A stretch of DNA of 64,000 nucleotides from contig CDROCS010003532.1 in assembly GCA_977020255.1 (NCBI GenBank), positions 1 to 64,000 on the forward strand. Reading direction: 5' to 3'. Both the position numbers and the translations under genes were made by a program. The DNA is from Obrimoposthia wandeli (lineage: Eukaryota). The notes under the pieces are model-generated. The model ran no database searches and had not been told where the DNA came from. It was given only the letters and a program-made list of their open reading frames with translations. Each line of letters opens with the position of its first letter. Positions within the stretch are counted from its first letter, which is position 1. Positions 32,593 through 46,260 of the stretch are shown piece after piece.

Positions 32593-34317
32593 TGTTGGGG
32601 TTTCTATACGAGACTTGTATAGATCCTCTTGTGTGCGGAGGGCCCCAACGTGAGTTCGAATAGAAGCAGGTCTTAAAGTTGGTCGTGGCCTACTTAGTGT
32701 TATGGTTGCCTATCTCTATTGCTTATCTGAAGGTGTTTGCTTTTCGATGTCTCTTAGTCTGAAGGGTTTAGAACAGTACTTTTAATGTAGGAAATCGTTT
32801 ATTGTTAACACACTAGGCTAATGAACAATACGTTTACGTACGTATTTTCTAAAAAGTTGTAGTAAAATTCCTAAGACTTTCGTAAGTCTCTGCACAAGTG
32901 AGGATGAACCACGTATCGATTTTACGGTTATGTTTGTTTTAGTCGCTAGAGTCTTTACTCTAAAAATAGGGATTGATTTTAGAGAGCCGTTGCTCTAAAA
33001 TTTAAGTAGCCTAAAAAGTCTGAAGGGTTTGTTTCCAAAATGTCTTCACGACAACAGATTACCTTATTTCAAATTTTCTTATGATTACAAAATTCCAATT
33101 TGTCTTCGCGACAACAAATTACTATTACAAAACTTCAATTTGTCTTCACGACAACAATTATTATTACAAAACTTCAATTTGTCTTCACGACAACAAATTA
33201 CTTCATTACGACAACAATTACTATTACAATTAAATGTCTTCACGACAACAAATTATTATTACAAAACTTAAATTTGTCTTCACGACAACAAATTATTATT
33301 ACAAACTTCAATTCGTCTTCACGACAACAATTACTATTACAAAACTTCAATTTGTCTTCACGACAACAATTACTATTACAAAACTTAAATTTGTCTTCAC
33401 GACACAGCTTACTATATTTCAGATTTTCTTACGATTACAAAATTCCTTTATTTCAAATTCTTTTACGATTACAAAGATTACTTTATTTCAAATTTTCTTA
33501 CGATTACAATTCTTCTGGCTCACCTTCCAAATCTGTAGATAATTTCCATCTCGTTCGGATCCTAGTTCCGGCGCTCCTTGTCTCTTCGGAACAGTGACTT
33601 CCTGTCCGCCGATTCGTGGTTTACGCCCTTGACAGTTGGCGTGTCTCGTTTCTGTTCTGTATGTTTGTGTTAATGATTTTCTTTTCTAACTGTTTTCTTA
33701 CCTCTGCTTGGCGTTCGGTCTCGATCAGGAATGATATTGTTTCTGCCGAGAATTCTCTTGTTAATGGCTTGATTTGGGCTCGTTTCCGTGGATCGGAATA
33801 AGATTGTTTCTGCCGAGAATTCTCTTTTTAATGGCTTGATTTGGGTTCGTTTGATAGGCTGATTTCCGTAGACTTATATAGTCTATTTCTCTGCTGATTT
33901 CCCCGGTGACGTGGTCTGTCAATCAATCTTCTGGTTCGCTGCGGAAAGTATTTATTTTAGCTAAATTAATTAATTTTCTCACTTCAGGAACAGCTGTCGG
34001 GACGTGGCTGCTGACGTCGACTGGATTTCGGTTTGTACTTCTTCTTTTAAATTTCCTTTTCCTAATTAATCTTCTTTCTTGTAATGACTTATCTTCAGAG
34101 CTATATCTTTTTTGGGCCCTTTTCTTAAGTCTAACTTCAATATAAACATACACATTTCACACGACCTTCGTGGTCCTCTAATATTCAATTTTCCTTTTAC
34201 TTTAATATTTTACTTCTAATTTTCAATTTTATTTAATTTTAACCTTGTTTTCAAGGATTTTCATTTTAGTATAAATTCGACTTAATTATTTAATTTTAAC
34301 AAAACCCAATCCTAACA
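32593..34317 (-). mobile_element. 5' LTR of the giant element (1725 bp)
   Basis: TGTT...AACA ends, adjacent PBS, both ends homologous to the solo LTRs; AATAAA at 32798-32803. Confidence 0.9.
33040..33400. repeat. ~39-bp tandem array inside 5' LTR, ~9 copies
   Basis: Unit CTTCACGACAACAATTACTATTACAAAACTTCAATTTGT. Confidence 0.85.
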
Positions 34318-34321
34318 CATT

Positions 34322-35298
34322 TACCAAAACGAATCGGTTGGAAATTATACTACTTAAAAATAAGAATACAGTTAAACCTCACTTTAACGAACCAATTCGT
34401 TCCGAGTGCTTGTTTACGTTTTCAACATTGACGTAATTTTGAAACAGGAACGAACCATATTATCTCAGAGTATCGGAAATTGTGGAATTGGACTCAAAAC
34501 ATCTGACGAACCATCTTATCTCAGAGAATCGAAAATTGGAATTGGTGAGGATAGTAAAAACGTAAAGTAAAAGCATAAAGTAAAAACTTAAAGTAAATTA
34601 GTAATACCTTATATTTTTGAATTGAAGTTAAGAATATAGTTTGGTTTACAAAAGTAAGCACGTAAAGTAAATTAGTAATACTTTATATTTTTGATTTTAA
34701 TCTATCGATGGAATTTAGTTTATACCAGGGACAATTTATAAAGGGTAAACGAGTGTCATCTCCATTTTCGGGGAGTTGTAAGTGATCTAGTTAGTTAGAA
34801 CTTCTGTAAAGTAGTGAAACCATGTTAGTTGTTTTTCATAAAATAAAGTGTTTCCTAAAGTACCGACTAGCTGATTTACGAATCACCACCCACATAGATG
34901 CAGGCACCTCTAACCTATAGGTGGGTTGAGGGACAACCACGTGATGGTGTTTCAAGCACTGGGATATTATACAATTAATTGTTTCCCAATATTACCGGAG
35001 GAACATCGTTATCGTCGTTTGGCTCCGGCTCTATGTTTCTCACCAAACGTTCTCCGAACTAAACTTCAATCTATTCCAGACCTACACCACACAACACTAG
35101 TTTTAGGACCCTCCCAATTATATAGCACACAACTCTCTACAGATCACACCAAACACAAAACAGCGTAAAAGAAAACCTTCAGATTTGAGACTCGAAGTAA
35201 GTAAAATAGGTAGGCCCCAACATCTGTAAGCCCTATCGCTACAGAACTCATGTTGGGAGCCTCCATACGAGGATCTAAGAGTTTCAATTAGAAACCAA
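34322..35298 (+). mobile_element. 3' portion of a sister-family ('B') LTR, plus sense, abutting the giant element
   Basis: 34910-35298 aligns with 10330-10747 and ends ...gtttcaattagaaacca. Confidence 0.6.
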
Positions 35299-35329
35299 AA
35301 TTAAACTATAATATTGGCATAAAAATGAT

Positions 35330-36436
35330 TTAATACATCATATAAATAACAGTAAAGCAAAAATAATAATCATAGATATAAAATATCTTTAACAAAATAT
35401 TTACCAAGCATAATTAGAATACAAATTATATGCGGCTCATTGCAGTTTCACTTTCGTCAATCGACTTCTTTCTCGTTTGTATTTTGTTCCTTTGGCATCG
35501 ATGGAGTAGATATCGCATCTTTTTTCTTTATGAAAAATGCGTCAAGAGTTTTTTTTTGCTTAAAATGCTTTTTTTTCATCTTATTATAAATTTCACGATA
35601 GCAAACAATTGATTTGTTTAAATCTGCTGCAACGTTTCTACTTCGTTCAAAATTAGAATCTTGGGACTCAAAAATGTCGCATGCATTTTTCCTGCTTGAA
35701 AACGCTTCCTTAAGCTTTTTCAGATTGAATAAATAAACGGGTGTTTTCACTGGACACCTTCTTGTTAGGTTCTTGTTGATCTTCCATTTCAACGAGGTCC
35801 TCATTTGTGAGCTCTTAGTCATGCTCCTGTAAAATATCAATTATATCGTCAGTTAAAACATCGAATTGCAATTTATTAGCAATTTAAACGATCTTTTCTG
35901 TTTCATTTCTAACAATGTTTTCTGGTTCTGCAAAGCTCTCAACATTTTCTTTTAATTGAGGGTAAAGTTTCTTCCAAACGCTTTTCATATTTTTCTCAGA
36001 AATGTTTTCCCATGCACCCTTTATTATTTTTACTGCATCAAGAACATTGAAAGATTTCCAAAATTATTTTAGTGTTGATTCTTCTTCTGTATCAATAGTA
36101 TTTATTAACTTTTCAAATGTTGTACGAAGATAATAGGCTTTAAATGTAGCTAAGACACCTTGATCAATTGGTTGCAAAAGGGATGTTGTATTTGGCGGAA
36201 GCAATATGAATCTAACATTAGGAAGGTAATGTTGTAATGCTGCTTTTCGGGGACGTTTGGTTCCACCTGATTCATCCATTTTCTTCTTTGTAAAATTTGA
36301 TCTTTACTATTTTGATTTTTTAAACATCTTTGAAATTCAATTTTATTTGAATTAATTTTGCGCATTTTTCTATTTTTGTTTTGTTCGTTAATGTGGGAGT
36401 TCGTTAAGCGGGGGTTCGTTAAGTGAGATATTACTG
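35330..36436 (-). mobile_element. Tigger/pogo (CENP-B-like DDE_1) transposon remnant
   Basis: LPPNTTSLLQPIDQGVLATFKAYY motif; terminus TA-CAGTAATATCTCACTTAACG at 36436; internally deleted. Confidence 0.8.
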
Positions 36437-39400
36437 TATTCCATTTGCTCCAAGGATATGAACCACATCAAATGCTTTCTTTTGACAAAATGGTGTTGAG
36501 AGATTTAGCCAAATTTTGATAAAGGAGAATTGTAAAACACCATATTTCAATAGTAGTGTAGTAGTTTTATATAGTGTCATTTTCAATCCACAGTCATGCT
36601 TTTCAATAGATTTTAACAACAACAAAAATGCATTGAAACGCATTGTTAAGTACACAAATGAAGAAGCATATCGTTTTGTGGGAAACTAAAATAATAGTAA
36701 TGAAAATGAAATGTATTAATGAATTTAATGCCTTTTTAATTTTGTCTAACTCGGATTTTAGGTTTATTATAACTTGCAGAAGTTTACAGATCAAGCTTTG
36801 AACATGTAATTAGTTTATGGAATACAGTGTTTGGGAAGATTTATATTCATTCAAGTTATGAACTGTTTGATTCTAAACAAGACCAATTAAAAAAGAGGAA
36901 AGAGATAAACTGGCCCCTATCCCAGTTATTTGCAAAATGATATTCTCAAAGTTTGGAAATAGTTATACAAGTTCGATAAATATGTGTCGATGAAACGTTA
37001 GTTTATATATTTTTCTTGTTTACATGTCAAGTAATCCCTGTAAATATGGCATCAAAGTTTGGTTACTGATATATAGAAATTAGCTTTTGATTAACTTCGA
37101 TGTTTTTAGTTTAAACGTTTGTAGAAGCCATTAAAATGATCTAAAAAGTCGGGTGGTGATAGAAATAACAGAGCATCAAAAAAGCTGGAAAAAACGTCAC
37201 CGTTAACAGTTTCATTACCATTTTATTTTTTAATTCCTTGGGAACATATCTTTGTATTTTCCAACAGTTATCAACTTGAATAGCTCACTTCCATCAGTCC
37301 CAATATATCTTTTTCCATTTCCCATATATTATTTGTTCTACCAATTCTGAATTCATAGAATAAGTTCTATCAGTTTGAATTCAAGAACACTTTCAAACTT
37401 TATTTAAATATCCATAACCATTTATTAATACGTGCGAATAAGTTTACATTTCTTGTATATGTAGAGCATGAAAAACAAGAAAGAAGGCCAAAATGTTACC
37501 ATTTGGAAGTAGAACAACTTTCCAACTTTGATTCGATGAGATGGTCAAAACAATATTTATTTGATTCCAGTATGTTTGCAAGAGTGATTGAATTGCTCAA
37601 TAACTGAATGATCATATGATATTCTCAGCGAAGGCCAAGAACTAAAGAAAAAACAATAACTATCTGTTGTGTATTTGTTTGTTTGGATGTAAATTGGTAA
37701 TATGTATTTATTGACTCGATACGAAACTAACAGCTATCGTGGGCCAAATACGGCGATATTTATGTTTATTTTTTCTTCTGTTTTCTGATTGCAAGAAAAA
37801 ATTACAACCAGTAAATATGAAATTTTACAGTGCATGGTCAGAAAATTATTTTGTTATTGAGCGCTTTTAATTGTTTACTTTGACATCTCTGTTTGGTTTA
37901 ACATATATTGTGTGAACAATTTTTTACAATAATGAATCTAAACAAGCTACGATAATACATAACAAACAAATATTTGGAAACTATTTTAAGGTTAAGATTT
38001 GTCTCGAATATCTCCAAAAATGTATAAGAAAATGTGATGCCATTTAATAAATTAAAATCGGTTTTATTTGTTTTTTTTTCTATTTCAATCTTACATTGTT
38101 TTTCTTGTGAAATGATATTGTTGCATATTAACGTTAATATTCAATTAACCTTATTACGAACAATCTAAATCTAAATAATTTAATCCAACTAATGTTATAT
38201 CACTTTTAAATAAATTTAAGTTAAATTTGAGCTATTTTAAGCTATGTTAAGTATTAAAAGGATTATGCAATAAATTTAATGACAAAATGAATTTCAATTT
38301 CAAAAATTATATATTTTTAAATAAAGTAAACGCCTGTAGATATTAACTATTTCGTAAAACTGGGATAATCAATTGAGAAAATTGCCCTCTTGTTAGACCA
38401 ACATGACAGACGAATTATCAGTTTTGCGATGAGTCTGCACGTCTGACCGGTACCAGAAGCAGTAGTTGAGCTAGCAATTCCCAAATCGCCAGCAATGTCA
38501 AAGCCAAGAGCCAGTACCACAACAACGTCACCTCTGTACGCACCATTGAACTAACCGGACTCAGGCACTCGTATTCCCTTCTGAAAGGAATAGTTTGTGT
38601 TTTATAAGATAAGATAAATATGTATTTAAAGCAAAAAGCTGATAAGTATGAACAATTGTTACTCGAGTAGACCATCTTCCTCATTTATCTATCGATTATC
38701 CTCTTTTCAGATGATGACATTGATTCAATACATATAATTTAACTTGACTCTTGAAACTTTACATTTGTTCTATTTTGATTATTTGTTCTATTTTTTAAGT
38801 ATTCTAACAAAAATGGTATAATTAAATTAAAACCATTTTGCTTAAACAAACCATATAAAAGTAAACTTAAATGTACTTGATAACATAATAAAACAGAAAA
38901 TAAATTACAAAACTAATAACTAAAGAAATTAAATCAAAATATTAAAATTTGGATGCATGTAACATTAAAATATAAAAAAACAATAAAAAAAATAATTATT
39001 ATTTGATTATATAAACTTATAATTTCTAATTTGAAATTATCACACTGCTTTTATTTCATTTTTAATATTTAGATTTTTTTTAAATTAATTTATAAATTAT
39101 TTTAATTTTATAAGAACTTCTGTATAATTTTATTGGCCCATCTGAATTAAGTTAAAAGTAATTATTGTACAAATTTAAACATAGGTTTTAGTAAATTATT
39201 TTATTTTTAACATAAACTTTGAAAACACTTCTTTAAATATATTTTTTATTTCAAATTAATTATAAATCTGTATTTTAAATTATTTATTTAAAAATGCATA
39301 TGATTAATATTGTTTTTTTAAATTGTATTTACTTGAAAAAACATAAATAAATTTTTATTAAACCATATTTGCTTTTTAGAAGTTTCAGACAAATTATTAA

Positions 39401-40439
39401 AAATTACATTTAAATTTTGTTCTTATTATTGTTTAACTTAATATACAAATGGAGCGAAAAAATTTAAGGAAGTCATTAAAAAATAAAATATTTATATTGC
39501 AGAATTTAAAATATATTTATCGTTTCGTATCAGAAACTTTCTCATGCAAGCAATAAAGACGTTAGTGATGTGAAAATTAGCGGAAATAACGGATGTTAGT
39601 TTAAAAATAAGTATCGAAAATTAACTGATCCAAAGGAAGTATTCGACGAGGATGTAAATTTACTTTAGATAATAATCAATAACACTCGTTTGGGTAGACT
39701 ATGTGACATGTGACAAATTAATGGCTATTAAACTTAATTTGTTAAATTGAATGAACCATTATATTGTAAATCAGTTCTTATAAAATCACTTAAAAATGAC
39801 AACTGGACAACTGAAAGGCAAAATGTTTAAATGACAAAAGAAAACATTTAAAATGCAGTATTTTGTCGGAATGTCTGATGAGCTGCTAATGCACCATCAA
39901 CATTTTCTCCTAAACATGCAAAGTTTTTATATTCTTACTTTCTACATTAATATAAATTCAAATAACTTTTAAATTCATATCTTGCAAATTTCTTTTCTCA
40001 CCAATGCTACGGTCATCACTTCGCTTCCAATTCAAAAACTGGGATACAAATCTGATTTTGTTTAACAATCTGTACGTCAAAAATTCCCTGTCTGGCTCAA
40101 AATAGTCAAAAATTCTTCAAAATAAAAAGTAGGGCAGTACAAGCAATTAAAGTATAATGATTTTCTAACCTCAGTTTTCAGTTAATTTATATGATGTTGA
40201 AAAATTTAACATAAGTCAAGTCATTCTATGTTTTTTTTATAAATTACTCAAATATTTGCTTTTAATAGTTCGTTGTTTTACAGAATTAGAATTGAAAACC
40301 TTGCCCCCCAATTTTTATTTAATTTGATAATAAATATGTTAAGCAGTTACTTCCTTTTTTAACTAATATCCATTTCAATTACTTTTCTTAGATAATATAA
40401 CAATACAATATACAATAATATATTTAATTTAGCCTACGA

Positions 40440-40960
40440 TTTATTATTCAAATGTGCTTCCTATTTTCATTATTTTTCGTTTTATTTCTGAATAGTAAAG
40501 TCTTCAATTGTTTCTTGAATTTTTCAATATTATTACATTTGCTTATATTCATTGGTAGTTTGTTAAAAAGATTTGGAGCTTCAATTTCAAATATTTCATC
40601 ACTCTATTTGTTATTTGACTCTTTTTATACCAATATGCTGTTATAATAGTTGTTGTTAAGATGCTTATACACGTTCACTGCACCAAGCTCTAGAATATTA
40701 TATAAACATTTGGGCTTTTATGACATAATACATTTTTGATAATAAGCAGGATTTTGAATTCAATTCTGACATTGATCAATAGCCATTGGAGCTAGCTAAT
40801 TCGCTTTTCTTTAGTTTGAATATAATTCTGATGGCTTTGTTTAAACTTTTCTGTAAGCAATTGAATTGATAAGTTCGCATATTGAACAATAAATTATTAT
40901 AAAAATCAAGTTTTAATGTAATAATTGTATGCAGTAGTATCGTAGTTATCTCAGTAGTAA
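40440..40960 (-). mobile_element. L2/CR1-type LINE 3' remnant
   Basis: 'LLHTIITLKLDFYNNLL...LQKSLNKAIRII' and 'APNLFNKLP...FKKQLKTLLF' match the typical RT C-terminal region. Confidence 0.6.
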
Positions 40961-41460
40961 AATTTAAAAAATCTTTTGACGATAAATACTTGGAAATATG
41001 TAAATCAATTTGAGCCTGGTCCAGTAAGTATGAAATATGTAAAATGATTTCATATTTCAAGTTCCTGAATTTATCATACGTTCGAATCGAAACATGTGGT
41101 CTGACATTATCGTAGAGTAAAAGGGGTGCTTTGCAATTATTTGGTTGTTTTAATGATAATTTGGATGATAGGCATCAATTTCGTTCCAATATAAATCTAA
41201 ATTAATTATTTTAGTTACATTCAAATATATATAGTGTATAATACCTGCCAAAAGGTTATCATAATCTGGTTTGGTGAAATGCTGGCCTGAGTATAGTGCT
41301 TCATTCGTTTCACATCACTGATATGAATGTCTCGCATTGTACTTATTCTACTTTTCATCACAAGTTATCAAACGTTCCAAAAATGACATTCATTTTGTCT
41401 AAATATAAGTGACTAACAAATTGAAAATATTATATTTTTTGAATTTCACCATATTCATTG
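40960..41460 (-). mobile_element. mariner transposase remnant
   Basis: 'FLERLITCDEK', 'LLYDNVRPH' and 'HISYLLDQAQIDLH' are degenerate DD34D motifs. Confidence 0.65.
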
Positions 41461-42999
41461 CATACTCAAAACAAACAGACAATTTTTGAGGGAAATAAGT
41501 AATTTGTGAAACAGACACCTCTCACCGGATTTTGCCTTCACTCCTGCTGTGGCACCAGAATCTATACGGAAGAAAGGGAAAGCAGTCCCCGACAGTGGAA
41601 TAGCGAGTCCAGGCCTGTATGAACAGGCCGGTCCCAAACAGAGAACATCTCGAGGGCTCTGAAGAGGGCAGGCCTGCAAACATGCTCAGAAATGCAGCTG
41701 CACCTAACACTGCACCCAGATGCATTAATGCACCAACTGATCTACACAACTGCACTCGCATTGACCCCTGCTGGATTCTGAAAGATAGGCTCGAGATTAG
41801 GAGCATTATCATGTTCCCAATTCTCGGGTAAATTTTATTTTATTGTAGCAGCCGCTCTAAATCACATTAGAGCAGAATAATTACAATTCTCAAACCTATG
41901 TATTCTTAATCTCTCTGAAAACATGAAAATCCAATAATTATTTATTTAGATAAACTAAATTTATTCAACTAAACACTGTTCTCGAATTTCGCTAGTCAAA
42001 TGTCCTTATTGAAAATGATTTTTTATTCTCTTCCAATCACTATTTTACAGATTTTATAAAATCATGATGTATTACATTTTATAAGTAATCATTTGTAATT
42101 TAAAGTCATTAATCACTATAATCATTTTTAGTATTAAAACCTAATTTGATGTCTAAAAAATTAGATTCTAAAATATAAATATTGACGTAGGGAATTTATC
42201 GTACTTGCTTTCCCGTTTCTTTTCAGAATACCGTCGCATATTATGATTATATCAGATAACAAACCGAAAAATGCATTAATAAAGTTTAACCAATTTCTCC
42301 CTTTCCAACATACAGGGTGATCGTAAAGTATTTGTGGGGGTTTTAATTTCAATATCCAAAGAAACAATGGACTTAGGCAAATGATTTTAAATATACAAAC
42401 AAATAAAATAAATGTGAAAAATGTATGAACAAGATTTTCATCTAAAAGTATACCATTCTGAAAACATTATTGAAAGGAAAAAGTAGCACTAATTTATATT
42501 TATGTTGTTCTTTACTTTGAAGGAAATTGTCTATTTTATTTCTTGAATACTTTTGGTTTCTGTTGGTAAACCATTGTTCACTTCTTCCTAACCATCGTCC
42601 ATAAAAGGCCATGTTTAAAAAACGAAATGGACAGGTGTATTATCTTCTTGGGAAACAGTACAGTCGATGATATGAGCATTCAATGTGATAAAAAAAACAT
42701 GTCAGATAGTTGGATTTTGAAATTTTCTTCAAAAAAGAAAGCTCCATAAACTGTTGAGCTCGACGATAACATTTGGACTTGAATGGCACTTCTTGTTTGT
42801 CTAATTTATTTTTTTCAAAATGTAGCTTCATCGAAATAAATTATGTTTTGTAAAACATTTCCAACATCATTAATTGTTTCTGAGAAAATATCGCTTTTGT
42901 GAGCTCGATGTGCATAATCTTCAGGAAACTCTTTATTTACAATTCAAAGATATATTAACCAGCACATATGCTACAGCAATCCCCATTTTCTCCATTTGA

Positions 43000-45364
43000 C
43001 TATATTGTTTATATTATCATCTAAGTTTCCTTATTGAAAAATATAATGCCAGAGCTGCTGTTGATGCAATACAAAAATCTATAATGAATATTTGGATATA
43101 ATTTTATTTATTTGCGTTCGATTTCTATATTTTCTAATAACTTGTGATCTAACCAATATCTCAATATTATCTCTCGTAGTATCATTACTTTTCATTCTGA
43201 TAAAAATTTGTTTACTATTAATTTCCCAGAACAAAGTTGTCAACACAACAATCCCCTTCATTGTCAGTGTTTATTATTATTATTATTATTATTATTCATT
43301 TGAAAAAATTGATTTAAACAAGTTTGTTTATAGTTTATAGAAAAATATAACAAAATGTATATTTTCTAAAATCAATTTTACAGTATATTGATCATTTAAA
43401 TTTCTCAATACCAATATCATAATTTTACCACTGGAAAATACATTTATACATAGTGGTGTAAACCTAAAACATCTTAGTGCCGAAAAAATTTCAGGTTCAA
43501 ACATGTATTATTCTTTCATTTTCTTTGCAATTTTATAAAGAATTTTTTGTTTTTTGAGATATTGTTTGAGACTGTGATTGATTGTATGGTTTCCGATTTT
43601 AATTCCAAAGGGTAAATTTATCTCATTCAATGGTGTATGGCATCTCATAACACGACAACTTCCTAGAAACTTTTAAAATTAAAATAAAATAAAAAGCAAC
43701 CTGATGGAAAATAACAACTGTGAAATCATCCAAATTTTTCACATAATGTCTTGGCTTCCACTCATTGAATGGTAAGTGCAAAATATAATTTTCTATTCTT
43801 CCGTTATAATTTATATTTTCGAGTTTCATTAGACTAAAATTGATTTCTGTAAATTTTTCTTTTTATATGTCTGAACTTGCTATTTTATTTCTTGTCTTAA
43901 TTCTTATTTCTTTATTCTCATTTCTTGTAAATATCTTGCAAACCTATTAAAATTGGATAATTGAAATATAAAATATTTCTTCCAATCAAATTCAATGTTA
44001 ACAATGGATTCAGACCAATCAAATTCAATGGTTTAGTTATATTAACCAATTAGAATATGACTTTGCTACAAATTAGTATAAATGTATTTTCCATTCGAGA
44101 ACAAATCATTATAAATACATTCATCAAAGACAATTATGATTGATGGAAGATAGCCCACAAATACTGAGCGACGATGAAGATTTAGAAATGTTTGAAGACT
44201 CGGAAAATAATATGTATGAAGAAGTGAAACAATATTTCAAATACAAAGTAAGGTTCTTGAAGAAGGATCAACTAATTTCTTTAGTAAATCCTGTAATAAT
44301 TGAAAGAAGAAAGTTTAGTTATTAACTATCAAATATTCAAAAACCATATTTTCAATATCTTAAACAGAAAGTTGATAAAGAAGTTCCAAGATTTACTTTC
44401 AATAAGAACGAATTTTATATCCATGGAGCTTATGCAGTATTTTAAGTGATTATGGAAGAGAAATATATGTTGATGCACATCCGAAAAATATGCAATGGAT
44501 TGTAACAATTTAGCTTTTACAAGGATGAAATTAGAACAAAGCTGCCTATATGGAAAATTAAACGTGCTCATATCCTTATGTTTTGACTATTTCTTTCCTT
44601 TTTGTTATTTTATTTTTACCATGTTTCTTTTATTTGTATATTCCTGCATGTAATAAATTGTAATCAGTTTTAATTTTTTATTTCATAATATTTGTAAAGT
44701 GTTTAAATATATATATATTTTATAAACATTGTCTTTTAATTAGTTTCTTAATTTTTAGAATGAATCCTCTTCTGAGCTATGTACAAATTTTTTATTCTCC
44801 GGAAATTAACAACATCTGATCAATTTAAAAATATTTTGGAATTTTAAATACCTGGTTATGCATATGAAGGAAATCTTTTTCAGATTGAAAGTTATCCCAG
44901 TCTGGTTTTTAGAGATGACCTTGGTTATTTGATTGCTCCACTTTTAGATGAAGAAATATGGAATATTTCACTACGACTTAATGAATATTATTCTGATATC
45001 GATGAAAAAAATACAATCTCTTTGAAATTTGAGTGAAGCTAAAATGGTGTTTTACATGAGATAATTTTAATAAATGTATTTAAATTAAATTTTGTCTTAT
45101 TTTGTTTTTTTTTATCATAAAAATATATAAGTCTAACCAACATATTTTTGTCATCCTAACATGCATTAAATGTAGCCATTTATTCATACAAAATTATCAT
45201 CTAAAATTTCGTCTACAACAGGTTGATCCTGCTGTCTGAATTTATGTGGTCTCTTATAATAACTTTTTGAAGTCAATACTTGTAGGAAATTTCACTTCTC
45301 ACATACACAGTTTTAAAGAACAGACTCCTAAGGGAGTGGATTAGACCAGACACATCCACCTACT
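43000..45364 (-). mobile_element. Polinton/Maverick terminal segment A (decayed; inverted homolog of 58898-62700)
   Basis: Terminus reads AGTAGGTGGATGTGTC on minus from 45364. It carries disrupted homologs of the 158-aa, 153-aa, TBP-like and 93-aa ORFs of segment B. Confidence 0.75.
43340..43829 (-). pseudogene. TBP-like gene of Polinton A (frameshifted, 38-nt intron 43700-43663)
   Basis: MKLENINYNGR...FTVVIF|GSCRVM...FEPEIFSAL...NVFSSGKIMIL. Confidence 0.7.
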
Positions 45365-45699
45365 GTTAGCATATGGACGACTGAATTGAGAGAAAATAAA
45401 CGATTTATCAATATCTTCTGCAGATCAGAACAATATGATCTCTTGTATATGAATTGGATATATTTTTCAGTATAATGAAAAAGCCTAATGTCAGAAATGT
45501 TTTCTACAATCTTTCTTGTTTATTTTTGGTTCCAAATTATAAAAGACCAACTGATTTTTACTGATAACAATTGTAGCTCTAAGCCCAGGGAATTAAAGTA
45601 AAGTGTGCTGCCTACATTTAAGCACACCTTCGAAAAAGACAGATTTACTTCATTTCAACCTATTTTGAATGCTACCTATTTAAAGCAGTCATCTAAATA

Positions 45700-46260
45700 C
45701 TTCCACTTTAAATTGTGCACAAAAGAAATTCTGAATCTTTTTATAAAGATGCATACAAATAAACACCGAATGAATCGATTTGTAATCTGGAGATCAGACA
45801 TGTTGTAAGCTCTACGTTTGTTTAATAACACGATGTAAGAAAATATATACTAGAATTAAACAATCCTGTTGAAGCTATTAAAAAGCGAAAGCGTATCTTT
45901 ACAGTATATAAGCTTTTAGAAAATGCACAGAAACAGCAAGCATTTCTTTAACAAATCAGTTCATTGAACATAACATTGATCATTAACTTTCAATATAAGG
46001 TGATAAGCCATTGGAGTTCCCGAGCAACTTCGAACGACTTAAATACTGGAAAGAGAAAAAGTGTGTATTGTCATGTCTTTATAATGTTCTGAAGAAGATA
46101 TTCCCTGTTCGCCTACTACTGTGGCGGCAGAATCAAGATTTTTTTCAGTTGGACATTTTACATTTTAAAATGCGAGAAAAGGCTAGGTTAGAACAGGAAC
46201 TTGTTGAGAAACTAATTTTCTTTATTCAATTATGTTTTATGTTAATTTTCTTGTTGGATG
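45700..46260 (+). mobile_element. hAT transposase C-terminal remnant
   Basis: 'LKYWKE...PTTVAAESRFFSVG...ARLEQELVEKLIF' resembles the hAT dimerisation domain; frameshifted. Confidence 0.55.

Larger units (their letters stand above)
13050..34317 (-). mobile_element. Giant Ty3/Gypsy LTR retrotransposon with cargo genes, 3'-truncated
   Basis: 5' LTR + PBS; gag with CCHC; PR-RT-RH-IN order with GPY/F module; nearly continuous 14.8-kb reading frame. No 3' LTR or PPT is found next to the internal region; the left boundary is approximate. Confidence 0.93.

Noticed and set aside
33029-33597. ORFs in the 5' LTR (80-165 aa)
   Set aside because: Translations of the 39-bp tandem array.
33923-34153. Basic 76-aa minus-strand ORF in the LTR (Rev/Tat-like by composition)
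   Set aside because: Starts upstream of the predicted TSS and is not conserved in the other two LTRs.
7852-34317. The 7852-9578 LTR as the 3' LTR of the giant element (one ~26.5-kb element)
   Set aside because: It has its own perfect CAAG TSD, while the 5' LTR flank is CATT. The two LTR middles are unrelated, and host tubulin exons lie between them.
34369-34400. Tigger-like terminus (TA-CAGTTAAACCTCACTTTAACGAACC) pairing with 36436
   Set aside because: Only partial similarity, and the surrounding sequence fits the B-type LTR; cannot be supported.
42313-43000. Tc1/mariner-like remnant (CAGGGTG start, QEDNTPVH)
   Set aside because: Too degenerate to delimit or classify confidently.
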